DNA of 64,000 bases from Phoronis australis (Eukaryota > Animalia > Phoronida), in NCBI GenBank assembly GCA_002633005.1, contig NMRA01000166.1, positions 310,001-374,000 of the forward strand, read 5' to 3'. The translations under genes were made by a program, and so were the position numbers. Under the pieces are notes generated by a model. It saw only the letters and a program-made list of their open reading frames with translations. It was not told the DNA's origin and did no database searches. Of this stretch, positions 1 to 12,500 are shown in pieces. Every line of letters starts with the position of its first letter. The stretch's first letter is position 1.

Positions 1-568
1 TGACTTTGTCACCCAGTGTGAGTGTTCATTTAATTGAGAGTTTTGTTTATCTACCAGTAGTGGGTCATAAGCAAAAAGAAAATAATGTGCATTCATGTCA
101 ACGTACTGCTATCAATGTCAAGACCAACTTTAATATAAATGTTCAAGATGAAATGAAATCTCAAAAACCCTGTTACAGTTTGCTTAATTATTGTTATATT
201 TCATTAAAGCATTTATTTTGATTTTTTTTTAAATCCTTATTAAAGTCCTACTTTTGACTGCTTCTTGTGCATAATTTGAACAACAATTCATAGTATTTTT
301 CAAGAACAGTACATTAGATCTGATGGTTTCTTTTGAATCTGATCATCCATTTCTGAGATATGATGTTCTTATTGAAGTTAGTCAAATTTGGACATTTGTT
401 TGCATGAATGTACCATCGTATGATAGCCTGCAGAGACACCTATTGGCTATAATATACTCTGAGTAAATATGAGAGGATGCAAATTATTTTCCAAGGACCC
501 TGTCCTCATACATGGTAACTATTGCTTGTCAAAATTCCACTGTGTATTGTTGATTTTCTCTTGTATAG

Positions 569-3500
569 CTTGGCAGCCCAGAAGCAGCCATGTTTAAGGT
601 GGGTTACTTCAAGGTTCATCCTGAGATCCCCTCAGAGCTGTCTGAGAAGGCCAAGGCATTCATACTGCGCTGCTTTGAACCTGACCCTGACGACCGGGCC
701 ACTGCAGCCGAGTTATTAGAAGACCCATTCATATTTGAGTACACGTAGGTTACATTCCTTAGCTCTGAATTTCCTGAATGTTGGAGGCCATGTCATTCAT
801 TTAACAACAAATTCAGGAAGTGTGACAATATAATCAAAATACTTTAAAATAGTTTGATTCAAGTTATAAGAAAAATATGATTAAAGTCACATGCAGTTGC
901 ATCATGATTGAATACCATTCTTTTGTTTCATGTTTTAAGGTGAAACCTTTTGTTTTGGTTCTTTAACATGGCTTAGCCTAGTTAGTATTCCAAATCACAC
1001 ACAATAACTGAATGAACCAAATGGAGTTTGTTGAAAGAGCTTGAAATTTGTGCACATGGCCATCGGCCCGAAGTACAACAAACAAACAATCATTGGAGTG
1101 CTATGCAAACTAGTCAGCAATACACAAGCTGTTCCGTTTTTGCATATCTCACAACTGAGGCATCAGAATTACATGTTAACAGTCTATGAAATTTAAACAA
1201 AGATGGACTTGTCCAGAGGCTCTCACTTAGAAATTTAGCTCTGATTTCGTAAAAAGCGTCGCAAACTAACAAAAAGTGATATTCATCCTTGACACAATTC
1301 CTCGAGCATAATGTACACACTCTTGTCTTAATATATCACATTTACGTGACGACCAGTTTCTACTGCCAGTCTGGTTTGCGCATCAAAAACGTGTAAAACT
1401 TTGCACAAACACTCGTGGAAGATTATCAATTTCTAAATAGTTTTCCTGTTCAAATACAACCTTAAAATTTTTGTAGTAGTTTAACTTAGAATTCGACTTA
1501 ACATCGGACTGCCATCTTTGCAAAGCACAGTCCTTAACATGTTGTAAGAAAATATTTACAAATGACTCTTGACATGTGATTCCTTGGTTTACCCAAACAT
1601 CATAGAAACCATACACTGACAATAAATTGTGGACTGAGCTTGCCCAATTATATATATGTCTACCGTTTTCATCTAGTCTGTACAGCATGTTGTAAGCGGC
1701 CCATGGATAACGTTCCTGTGGCATATTCAAAATTTTAAAGCAGTATTTAATACAGCTAACAAAATATCTCGTAAACATAGGGTATCTGCCACATTCACCC
1801 AGTACTGCAGAGTTAGAGCAAGAACTGCCAAGTGCCAGGGTCCATTTACAAATTTTCAAATGAATTTTTTAAACACTCGTATTCTTTAAAACCCCCTAAA
1901 GGAAGAAAAATTTGAGATTTTGGCTCCGTTATCTAATTAGGGATGTGTGAAGGTTTAAGACTTCACTTCCTTTCTAACATGTTTCAGTGTCCTCAGAGGG
2001 ACCAACCTAAGTTAAAGATGTTCAACTGTCATGAACAGTTGTGTTAAAGCATACTGTTTACCGAACTCTATCTAACAATTGACTTTTGATATGGACCACT
2101 TAATACCATGATTATAAAATTGGCCTGTACTTGTTCTGTGCTCAAAATTAGAATTCATGAGCTTGAGAAGAACTAACAAATAGTTATTTTTGAAGAGCAA
2201 CCTCATTACCCACCATTGCAAGCTAGTACACTGAGTCAGGCCTGTGTTCTGTAGACACATTTAAGTCTTGACAAGATATTGCCTTGCGTTAACTGAAGCA
2301 CAGAATCACCTGAGCTATATAATGCATTTGTGATTTGGTATGTGGTCGAAATCAAGTTTTGTTTAGAAATTAAAAAAGACGGGTTTTTAGCTGCTTCAAT
2401 GACATACCAAGTCATTTGCACTGTGCTTGATTTCTCGGTTTGTATACAAAATTTTGCATAGTCATTCATTTGTTTACAGGGGTAGAAAGAAGCATAAAAT
2501 AGTCATTCATTTGTTTACAGTGGTAGAAAGAAGCATAAAATAGTCATTCATTTGTTTACAGAGGTAGAAAGAAGCACAAAAGACGGGATCACAGTAGTCA
2601 TGCAGTTCGTCATAATAACTCTGACTACATCCGCAGCGTTTCAAGTGAGAATCTTAGCAATAGGACTGGTAACAAATTCTTACTTGACTAGATCTGATCC
2701 TTTTCACCACCTGTGCTTCGGGCATGTGCAGATAGCCATCCATGATGTTTTCCTGTGCTGCATTCACTCCCAGTTGCGCAAGCTAGCTTAACAATTTCCT
2801 CATAAATACCTGTTTTCAAAGAGTTTTAAATTTGTTGTTTCTGTAGAGCACATGCTTAAGTCCACTGCAAATTTTGTAGCATTCCTTATTTATGCACGGT
2901 TCCAGCTACTGCTGTGACCCCCAGTGGCAGTTTTAGTATTTTTGTTGGCCTGTTATTATTAAAGAGGCAACGTCTTCCCATTTTTGACTAGATTTGACAT
3001 ATTGTGTGCCACATTGTGGCCATAGTTGTTTTTGGTGTCCACCTCTCCATCTGCCAAATCACTTGAAGGATTATGAAAACTGGTAGATGTGTTCCTGCAC
3101 AGAAGACCACAGATCAATTCCAAGGTACAATATTCTTATTTATAGTGCTTCCCTGGGAACATACAACCTGCTTATAGGGTTTAGTAGTTTTGATTTGGCC
3201 TATTTTGTTACTGTACGGTACCTTACGCGTAATGCTCTCATGGTACTTTTCTACAATAATCAATTTATCCACAATGCTTCACAATAGCAAGCTGCAACTC
3301 AAATGAGCCATTACAACAAGCTGACCATGTTTGTGTTGGATCTAAAACAGAATCACCTCTGTTAGTGTCCCATTTCATTTTCACATCTAAAATGCTTCCA
3401 CACTACCATTCCTGTAAGAACTTCTGCCTCTCACTGATGAGGCATGTCGTAAAATGCAAAACTACAGACTATAATGCGACAAATTATTTCTTACTACTAT

Positions 3501-6500
3501 CTGGAAAAGCAATTGATTATTTAGTTTTGAGGCTGTATGTTACACCCTTACCTTGGTCACCCAATTCCCGCTCCCCTGCCTTATGTGTGTCTCATTGTAT
3601 GGGCCATTATTGATGGATTGCCTTCTTATTTTCTGATCATCTCACTGGTCTTGTCATAGCAATGTTTCATGTAACCTGAATATTTCAATTCAATTTAATG
3701 GAAATGCAACATTTTGTTAATAACGTCAAATTCACTGTTGAGCCTACTGCCTATGATTCTAATGCATATTAGATATCGTGCAGAGTCATACATGATGCTG
3801 TCATGTGTGTCTATACACAGTTATGGTGTTGATGGTGTTTATTTCATATTGCAAATAATATAGAACCTTCATAGAAATGTTCTCCTTCACTGATGAATAT
3901 TCTTTAGAGTTGTTGTGCAGTAAAAATTGCATAAGTGGGACATGTGTAGGTTGGATTTTCGCTCACGTCAGACAAAGTACCATCATGCCATATTTTTGTT
4001 GTTTCTCATTTACTCAACCTTTCATATAAGTTGGATTTGCCTTACCTATGTAAAATCTCTTGGTCCAGTTGGATTTTGCAATTTTTGTTCTATTTGAATG
4101 TTGCCGATGGCTCCTGCTAATATGTGTACCACTTGCTGCTTCGCTTATTGATGCATTATGCAAAACTGCTGATCATCCTCTGCTGAATATCAGCTCTGTG
4201 AAAACATTTTGCACCTCCTGTCGTGAAACTAAAAATTGACTTCCACTAGGTGTTATCTGCAGATGCGGTTTGTGGTGGAGCAACTGTGTGGTACACGGCT
4301 TCATATTACTGAGTATATCCAAATATTAAGCACTGGAATAGTGATCATGGTAGATTGTGTGTAGTAGCGATGACCTGGACATGTGGGGTAATGATTCCTT
4401 CAACCAATTGTAGTGTTGCTGATTGCAGAAGTAACTTATAACTTCATGTCTTACAGTGCCAGTTGAGCACATGAATGTCGATGGTGCTCTAAGTCCAGAG
4501 GTTAGGAATCTAAGGGTGATCCTGCCACAGCGAAGGAGGTGAGTTCAAAGGTCGCATTTTTGTCTATGACATTCCATTGTTTACTGCATAATGGCCCTAT
4601 CACTGTGCCAGTGCCAAGCAGGGATTTTATGTTGAACTCATTAAATTTCTTCTGAATTCTTAGCTCTCGTACTATTGGCCTATGAACCTGAGGACCGGTA
4701 TGAATAATAAACTTCTGTCATTAGTCTGTCTTGATTACGTAACTGCTATCAGTTTGTAGTTCTGTACATTTTCTAGTTCTGTAATCTGATTTTCTTGGCG
4801 TTAGCTAAGTAAATATTAGGCCCAAAAGCATATTTTTTCTGGTCTCTTCCTGATTCATTTTGAGATTTTGAGACCTGTACTCATCGACTAAAAAAATGAA
4901 TACACCACCTGCATGGGTTTCAGGGAAGGTCTCGTGTTTTTTTTGAAAAAGTGCTCAGAGGCATGTAAGCAAAGATAATTAAGATATGAAACACCAAAAT
5001 TTTCCTAATAAATTGATTTAAAGGAAAACAAGTCTTGCAACATTTTTGCTCGTCTCCGGTTGATTTTCTTTTTTTGAAAAAAGGAACAAAAATACCGCAC
5101 AACTGACACAATTTCTAAAAAAAAACGCAGAACAGAACCATCTATATTTTTTGGCCTGGTAGTTTTGTGAACAATAAAATTGACAGTGTCAGTAGATTTT
5201 TTGACATGAGAAGTTTTGCATAAGTCATTAATATGTGCTTTGTGCTTAATTTGGGTGTCGTTCCTTCAGTGTTTTTGTCGTCTTGTTTTTGCGCATTATT
5301 AAGCTGTGTGTTTCATTATGTGTGGCTGTGTTTGTATTATTTTGGAAGTAAAATGTAACTTAAAAATCCAAAATAATGTGGTACGTGATTTTCCGTTTGA
5401 ACCTAGTCTCTTCATTTCACAGTTTGCTCTTAGTGAGTTTCAATGTACCACAGACTAGTCTGCTGCTTTTGGATGTCACAAATGAATCTTTACTGTTTTG
5501 GCTAGTGCAAAGCAGCTTTTGACTTTCTCATAGATGTTTTAGTGTATATTTAATTTTGTTAAAAACTTACGAAATGATTATAAGTTACTGCTAATTCTCT
5601 ACCTCCCGTTCATTAATTTTTACAAAGTCACTTCATTAAGAAAAATCTCACACTGAATAATCAGGACACTTTCATGGTTGAGAAAATAATGTAAATTTTC
5701 ATGATATAGCAAACAGACTTCATTCTTTTTCACACTAGATCATTTCATCTAAAACTAACTCTTTGTTTGTCCATCGTCTTGTGTAACTTTGCTGAACCTT
5801 TTCCTTTCAGCTCTGGACCTGCCACGGCTGGGTACATTTGATTTTGTTTTACTTAACTTTGCATGCCTTTTTCATGATGTACCATGTTTTCTATTTTCTT
5901 GATGTTTTTCAGTTTAACCCCCTACAAATTTTCGCTGTTATCTTTTTAAATCTCCATATAATGTTATGTTTAACAGTTAGGTGAAACCTTTAACAAATGT
6001 GTTCACAATTTCCTGGTTATTTTGGTTTGAAATTAATATATTAAAAAGTATTAAAAGCCTTTTACTGACAATCAAATTGAATGAAAGTGTATGATGCATA
6101 ACAAGGCAAATGTCAAACACCCAGTGTTTTGAACATTGCTGTCTGAATAGGTGTGACAAAGTAGGACATGATGGGAGTTATTACTTTATTGACTTTCACT
6201 TTGTCCTGCGTTCTGTTGTGTCATTGAGAAAGATCTGTGTTTGGAATGTTGGGTTTTTATGACAGTTTTGTATAGTCGTTAGTCTTATATTTTATACACT
6301 TTCACTCTGTTTTTAATTGGTGTTGGAAGTTTGTTTTAACCTTGTATTGTTATTAATACCCAGTTTGATAACAAAATGATAGATGTAGTCAATATGAAGA
6401 AAGTATTAATATATTTTTCCAAAAAAATGTAATATGTCAATTTCTAAATCCTACTCTGCAGTAATTTCTCACATTTTATCAGATGGGCTTGACTAAAATT

Positions 6501-9500
6501 TCAGTAATTACTAAAGTGAAGCTTATATGTAATGACTGTGAGTGTTGGACGAAGCACAAACCAACGGAAAGTATTTCTTGTTATAAATAAACAAAAATAA
6601 ATAAGCAAAAAATCCAAGCTATGCAAAACTATTCCAGGGCCAGGGTCTAATCTTTGTTCTCAAAATTATTTTTCACGTTTTCCATGATTCTGCTTGTGTG
6701 TTCACTCAAAGTAAGTGTCTATTATTCTGTACTTGAATATATTGTTACAGTACTATAATAGTTCTTGCAGGTGACTGTGTGCACTTGATGACCCATGCAT
6801 TAAAGCTATGTTTTTTAATCTAAACTTGAAATCTTGAGCTTTTTTTGAATGCTCAGCTTTTACTCAAGACTGTGCCTTGAACCTAAAGCTATAATTTTGA
6901 GACTAAACTTGAAATTTCAAGCTTTTACTCCAAATGTTCAGCTTTTACTCAAGGTTGTTCTTTGAACCTAGGGGTCATCAAGTGCAACCTAGGCTTAGAC
7001 AGTCATCTGTGAGAACTGCAATATATTCAAGTACGGGATAATAGCCACTTACCTTGAGTTCGCTCAAAAGCAGAGTGGAAAACATGAAAAATAATTTTAA
7101 GGACCACTATGACCTTGGAGATTGGAGCCTGAGATCTGTTGGCTTGTCAGCTAAAATAAACCGTAATGATTGTTATCACCATCTGGTGGTACATAGAGGT
7201 GCTTCTCAGGATATGGAATCCAGGGGGCGCTTTAACCAGGAGTCTTCACTCTCTTGAAATTGGTTGCTCCAGCTTTGTGAAAGTCTTCCGTTACTTCCCT
7301 GCAACTTAGTTGCCTTGTGATAAAGTTGTTGCGTTTCACTGGATTAGAATTTCATTGAATTCCAGTCTTGAAGTGATGTATTCAGTGAAATCTCAAGACG
7401 TCTTACATTCATTAAAATATCCTGTAGACTCGTCTACATCCAGGTACTAGCCACATGCATGTTCTGCTTAGCTTTAGGCTTACAAAGGAGTCCTGAAGTT
7501 TCCTATATCTATATAGCTGCGTGTGGAAACTATTTTGGGAACGCTGTTGGCGTTTTTAGATGCAGTCACCTCATAGCGTTAAATAAGTCTTTGTCTTTTA
7601 TAAGATTTTCCTGGAAACGGTTGGTATACAATATTCAGATGATGCCAAATTTATTAGAAAACCAGTTATGAAATTTTAGGCTCCTTAGTGCTCAAAGCAG
7701 TCCTGAACAACACTCATCCTGCCCCTCCCCCAAAACACCCGTGCACTTGTATGAAGAAATGCTGCAGCATTTTAGCCAATAATATTGCAACTAGAAATTA
7801 GAACCCATTCTTAGAACACTAGCTAGTCATGACGTGGTTATGGTGTTTTTTGTGTGTTTACAGTTATTTTACACTGAATCAAGTGGTCATTCTTTTTTTA
7901 CAAATATTGTGAAATTATGAAATTCATTGTTGTCTGTTACAAACATTGTGTGTCGCATTTGTGTCAAAAACAAAGTCGTGTGTATTATGCATGCAAAAAG
8001 CTAAACAAATGCTGTGACAACTGAGATTTGAAAATTTTGAGATGCGACAAATTGTGACTTTTCCATTCTCTGATATTGTATAAAATGTACTCTGTGAAGG
8101 ATCAACCTTGTAGATTTGATTGTCATAACTGGTGTCATGCAATAACTTTAAATTAATTTCTTCTCAGTTTAAGCTAAGTGTAAACGCTAAGTGAAAATCA
8201 ATCAAATTCTATTAAAGAAATACAAATTTTTGAGTAATTCTCTTTTCGTCCACAACCACATTTTTCTGATTTCCATCATGATATTCCCCAAAGTATTGCT
8301 TGCTTGTTAATGGTGCATGCATCTAATAAAGGATTCCGGTTTGTTCTGTGCACAATTAGTGGATGGTGGTCTAATGTGTTTTAATGTCACTGACTTTCAT
8401 ATTGACTTAACATCGTCTCGCAAGCAAGTTAATGGTTGCCGCTTCCATTTTATTTCTTAATTCTAGGTGTGTGTTGTTAATATCCAGGTCGTGTACTAAT
8501 TTGTGTTATTTTAAGTAGATATTAAATGCTGACTATTAAAATTTATGAGATGACAGCATTGATCAGTTATCACTGTGGGTAATTATTTGTTGCTTCAAAT
8601 GGATTTTTCAAAATCCTCTCAATACTTTCAACATACCTGCTTTTGATAGCAATGTGACTACGGTAAAAATCTTATTTGGAGCAGGGAATAATATCTTTAT
8701 ATTTTGCTCAAGGTCGGTGCTTGTCCCAAATTTTAGAAATAGGCAATATTGGTTGTCCCAAATTCCACAAACATTCATTTGGAAAGAGGTTAAAAACAAA
8801 TTGTCCAAAATTTGAGAACACACAAATTCCAGAATGATGAAAATTAAATTTTTGTGAGTTTCCATGTCCAAAATTCTAGAGAATTGGAGAATTTTTACCG
8901 TAGTGTAATGACTTAGGGGGATATCACAACTGAGTTGCCTGGTATCCCTTCTCCACATAAAATTTTTCTATGATGATTTTTATACATTACACCCACTTAT
9001 CCACATATTTGGGTGCATATTGCCATCATCTCTGTCTGGGTGTCTGACTTCCTAGCGTCTGTGGCTGTATCTCCTAAACCCTTGCAGGATCTTAATGAGA
9101 TATGTCAAATGTGTTCAACCTAGGAAGGTGATGACAGATGAAGATGAATTTCGATCTGACTGCCACTGTGCCCCCTATTGGCAATAATTTTTTTATGTTT
9201 GCCTTTGTATCTGCGGAGTTCCTTGATGATTTTTCATGAAATTTGGCAAATATGTTTCTATTAGAGTGGCGACGCCACTTTTCAACTTCAGGCATGTTTG
9301 TAGTATTCTGTGCCACTTATTGGCCATTTAAAAGCTCCTAGAAATGTACAGTTTGTGGTGCAGCCATGGGTTCCTTTCAACGCTTTGCGTTGCTCTTGTT
9401 CCATCTCTTGTTCAATTAAATTCTAATAATGTTGAGTTTAATATGTTATTGTTATTGCCACCCTTCACATGCTAAGGATTTTCCTCATTAACTGTATGCA

Positions 9501-12500
9501 TCGTGTTTACAATCTTGTATTTGTATATACTAGCTGCATGCGTCTTTATGCACTCATGTACGGTAATTAGTTTCAATAATTTGGTGACGAAAATGCGTGA
9601 TCGTTGCTGTATTGGTGATTGAAGTGCTCCACAGTTTTGAAGAAAACATGTTATTTTGAATAAGTGTGTTTCGTAACTCAGGGATTAAATCTAGCTATGA
9701 ATTGACTGTGATATATTTCAGTACGGATTCCTTGCCCGATCATTACTTGGACCCGGCAGGCCGTATGTCCCCCATGACCTTGAGTCCGCCCCCCATATCA
9801 CCCATGAGCGGCATGAGTGCTGGCTCATCAGAGAGTGGCGCTGTTGGAGGATTCTTCATGTTGAAGAAAGACTCTGAGAGGAGGACCACACTTGTGACTA
9901 TATTATCAGAAGAGCACAGCACGGTGCGTGAGGAGGAAGGCTAGGGATAGAAGGAAGGTGGCGAAGGGCAGGGGATAGAGGGAAGGTGGCGGAGGGCAGG
10001 GGATAGAGGGAAGGTGGCGGAGGGCAGGGTATAGAGGGAAGGTGGCGTAGGGCAGGGTATAGAGGGAAGGTGACGGAGGGCGGGGTATAGAGGGAAGGTT
10101 TTGGAGGGCAGGGTATAGATTAGAGAGAATAGAGAGCAGGGCAGGATATAGCAGGATGAGGGAGGGATAGAGAGAAATATTCGCTTCATCAAAGTCAATC
10201 AGTACTGTACTAGTTATGGTAGAATCTCACCAATTTTGTGGGGCAAAAATAGTCGTCAAAATCACACTTTTTTCATTTTTCAAGGGCTTCTAGCATTGCT
10301 GTGAATGCCCACAATCTTTCAAAATATTTCCAGCTGGTAGCTGTGGTAGAGAACCTTAATATGGCAAAGCATCATGCTGGTTCTGTAAATCATTTATGAA
10401 GAATGAGAAAATAAAAATTTCACTTGTCCACCATATTGTGTACTAAATTGGTGACAATTTACTGTTCTCTTGTGTTAATGAATGATCAGGAAACTTCTAA
10501 TGTAACCTTCGAAGTGATTGTCATGTTTCAAAATAATATTTGAATAGGTACACTGAGCACATGGCCATAGTAATGCTCACCAGTAAGTGACCAGGAGTTT
10601 GTTTTCTATTTCAGATTGCTGAAAGGTGGCTCGAGCTACTGAACAGAGACACTACCATGACAAGTCCACAACTAACTCTGGTAAAAATATGACTTGTTGT
10701 GCAGATGTTAGTCTACTGCCTCATGCCTTGTTCATATATTGCAAGTCACAACATTTAAACAGGAGTCCTGTTTTCTTCCTGAATTAATTAATTTCCCACA
10801 TCTACCAAGAATACTACCTGCCTATCTGGACACAACTCAAGGAAAGTGCAGCAAGGAAGTCAAGCTTTAATGCATGCATTTTTAGTCTATATACTAATAG
10901 GGATTGTAATCAAGGGTCAGTTGCACCACTTTGTCTGATTATTGACTGAAATTCTTATCACAAATGTCACCAATTTCGGGAAAAAATAATTTGTTTTTCA
11001 AGTTTAACACTTCTGCTCTTATTGTATGGTGGTAGTTATGGCATAGGGCTTAAATGATGAAGCCATTATTTGGTAGCTATTTTTCTTGAATTTATAAAAA
11101 GTTAAAATAAAATTTCACTTGTCTCCTAATTTTATGAGATTTTACTGTACCTCAATTTTTTGTTTTAAATGGTTGTTGGCATTGTCATTTCATCATAATT
11201 CTCATTGTTTTTCAGGAACACCTGAAAAAACTTCTGGATATGGTAAAAGATTATGTACAGAATCAGGATAGAAAAGTTTTACGTTCCAACATTGGTGAGT
11301 TTTTATCATGTGATTCAATGAAGACTTGTTCATTGATTTCAGAGATTGGTCAGTATTATAGTCTATTTCAACAGGTCATGGTGCATTAACAGCTGCAGTA
11401 GAGTTCATATCAATCAGAAATTCTGTTTGAAACTACTTTAAATTGAAATAAAATAAATCCTGTTATGAACTTTGCGGCCCTACTATATGAGACAAGTTTT
11501 AAAGAGTTTACGATATTGTTTGGCCAGATCATAAGCACCAGTGGCGGGGCCAAGGGGGCCATGGTCCCCTTAACATTCTCCCAGATTCCATTGGGCAGTT
11601 CGGGGGTGCGAATGTCTGAGGGGCAAAATCCTGGCAAATACTCTGCCCTGGCCCCCTAATTCAAAATCCTGGATCCGCCCCTGAGCAGTTATCATTGACC
11701 TGTTACGGAGGTTGAGACATCATGTATACAAAGGATTGTGGGATACCAATCATCCAAAGTAGCACTACCAGTTGACATGGTTGTACAATCTGCAGAGATC
11801 CCATCATTGCAACAAGCTAAATTTTCAGTTTTATGTTTGTACAAGTAGTATTGACTGCCTGGTTACCTAACAAACAAACACCTAGATGTCTAATCCTTGA
11901 ATCTGTATTGAATGACTCCTATCCCTCAAATCTGTGTTCTGGGATGCTCGTGCATCAGTTTTTGCTACCTGTAAGCAGGTCAGTTCACATCATATTCACT
12001 GTCCCAGCCTGGTGCTTGACATGTGTTGCTTATTTGCCTCGTAAACTCTCACAAAATGTTGTCATGAATGATAGCTTGTTCTGCTTACTATGAATGGTAA
12101 ATGATGATGGGCCACTGATTACCCCTTGTGAAGCAGAGTGGGCGAATGATTACGTTGTCTTAGTTGTAGTGAGAAGTTATTCTGACCAGCAATCCTGACC
12201 TGTTTTCAATTGCCTGTGATCAGAATACTTGAATGATTTGTTTTAGATCGGCTGAAGGAGGAGTTCAACTTAAGCGCCAGTGCACAGAATGAGATTCAGC
12301 TTGTTCTTTATGTGTTGCAAGAAGCAGTAAGTCTTCATAATGCTTTGATAAAAACATTTCTTGATGGTAATCCTTCACAAGTACAATGGTTGAACATGTA
12401 TAATAAGCTGACAATTTAAACAATTAAATTTAGAATTTAAAAATACATCCAGCCCATTGGGCTTATAAGCCATTGATTACATAACAGACAAAATAACATT

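Noticed and set aside
5423-5432. 10-nt segment between cacag and gtgagt as a microexon
   Set aside because: Not frame-preserving on its own, and no compensating exon was identified.
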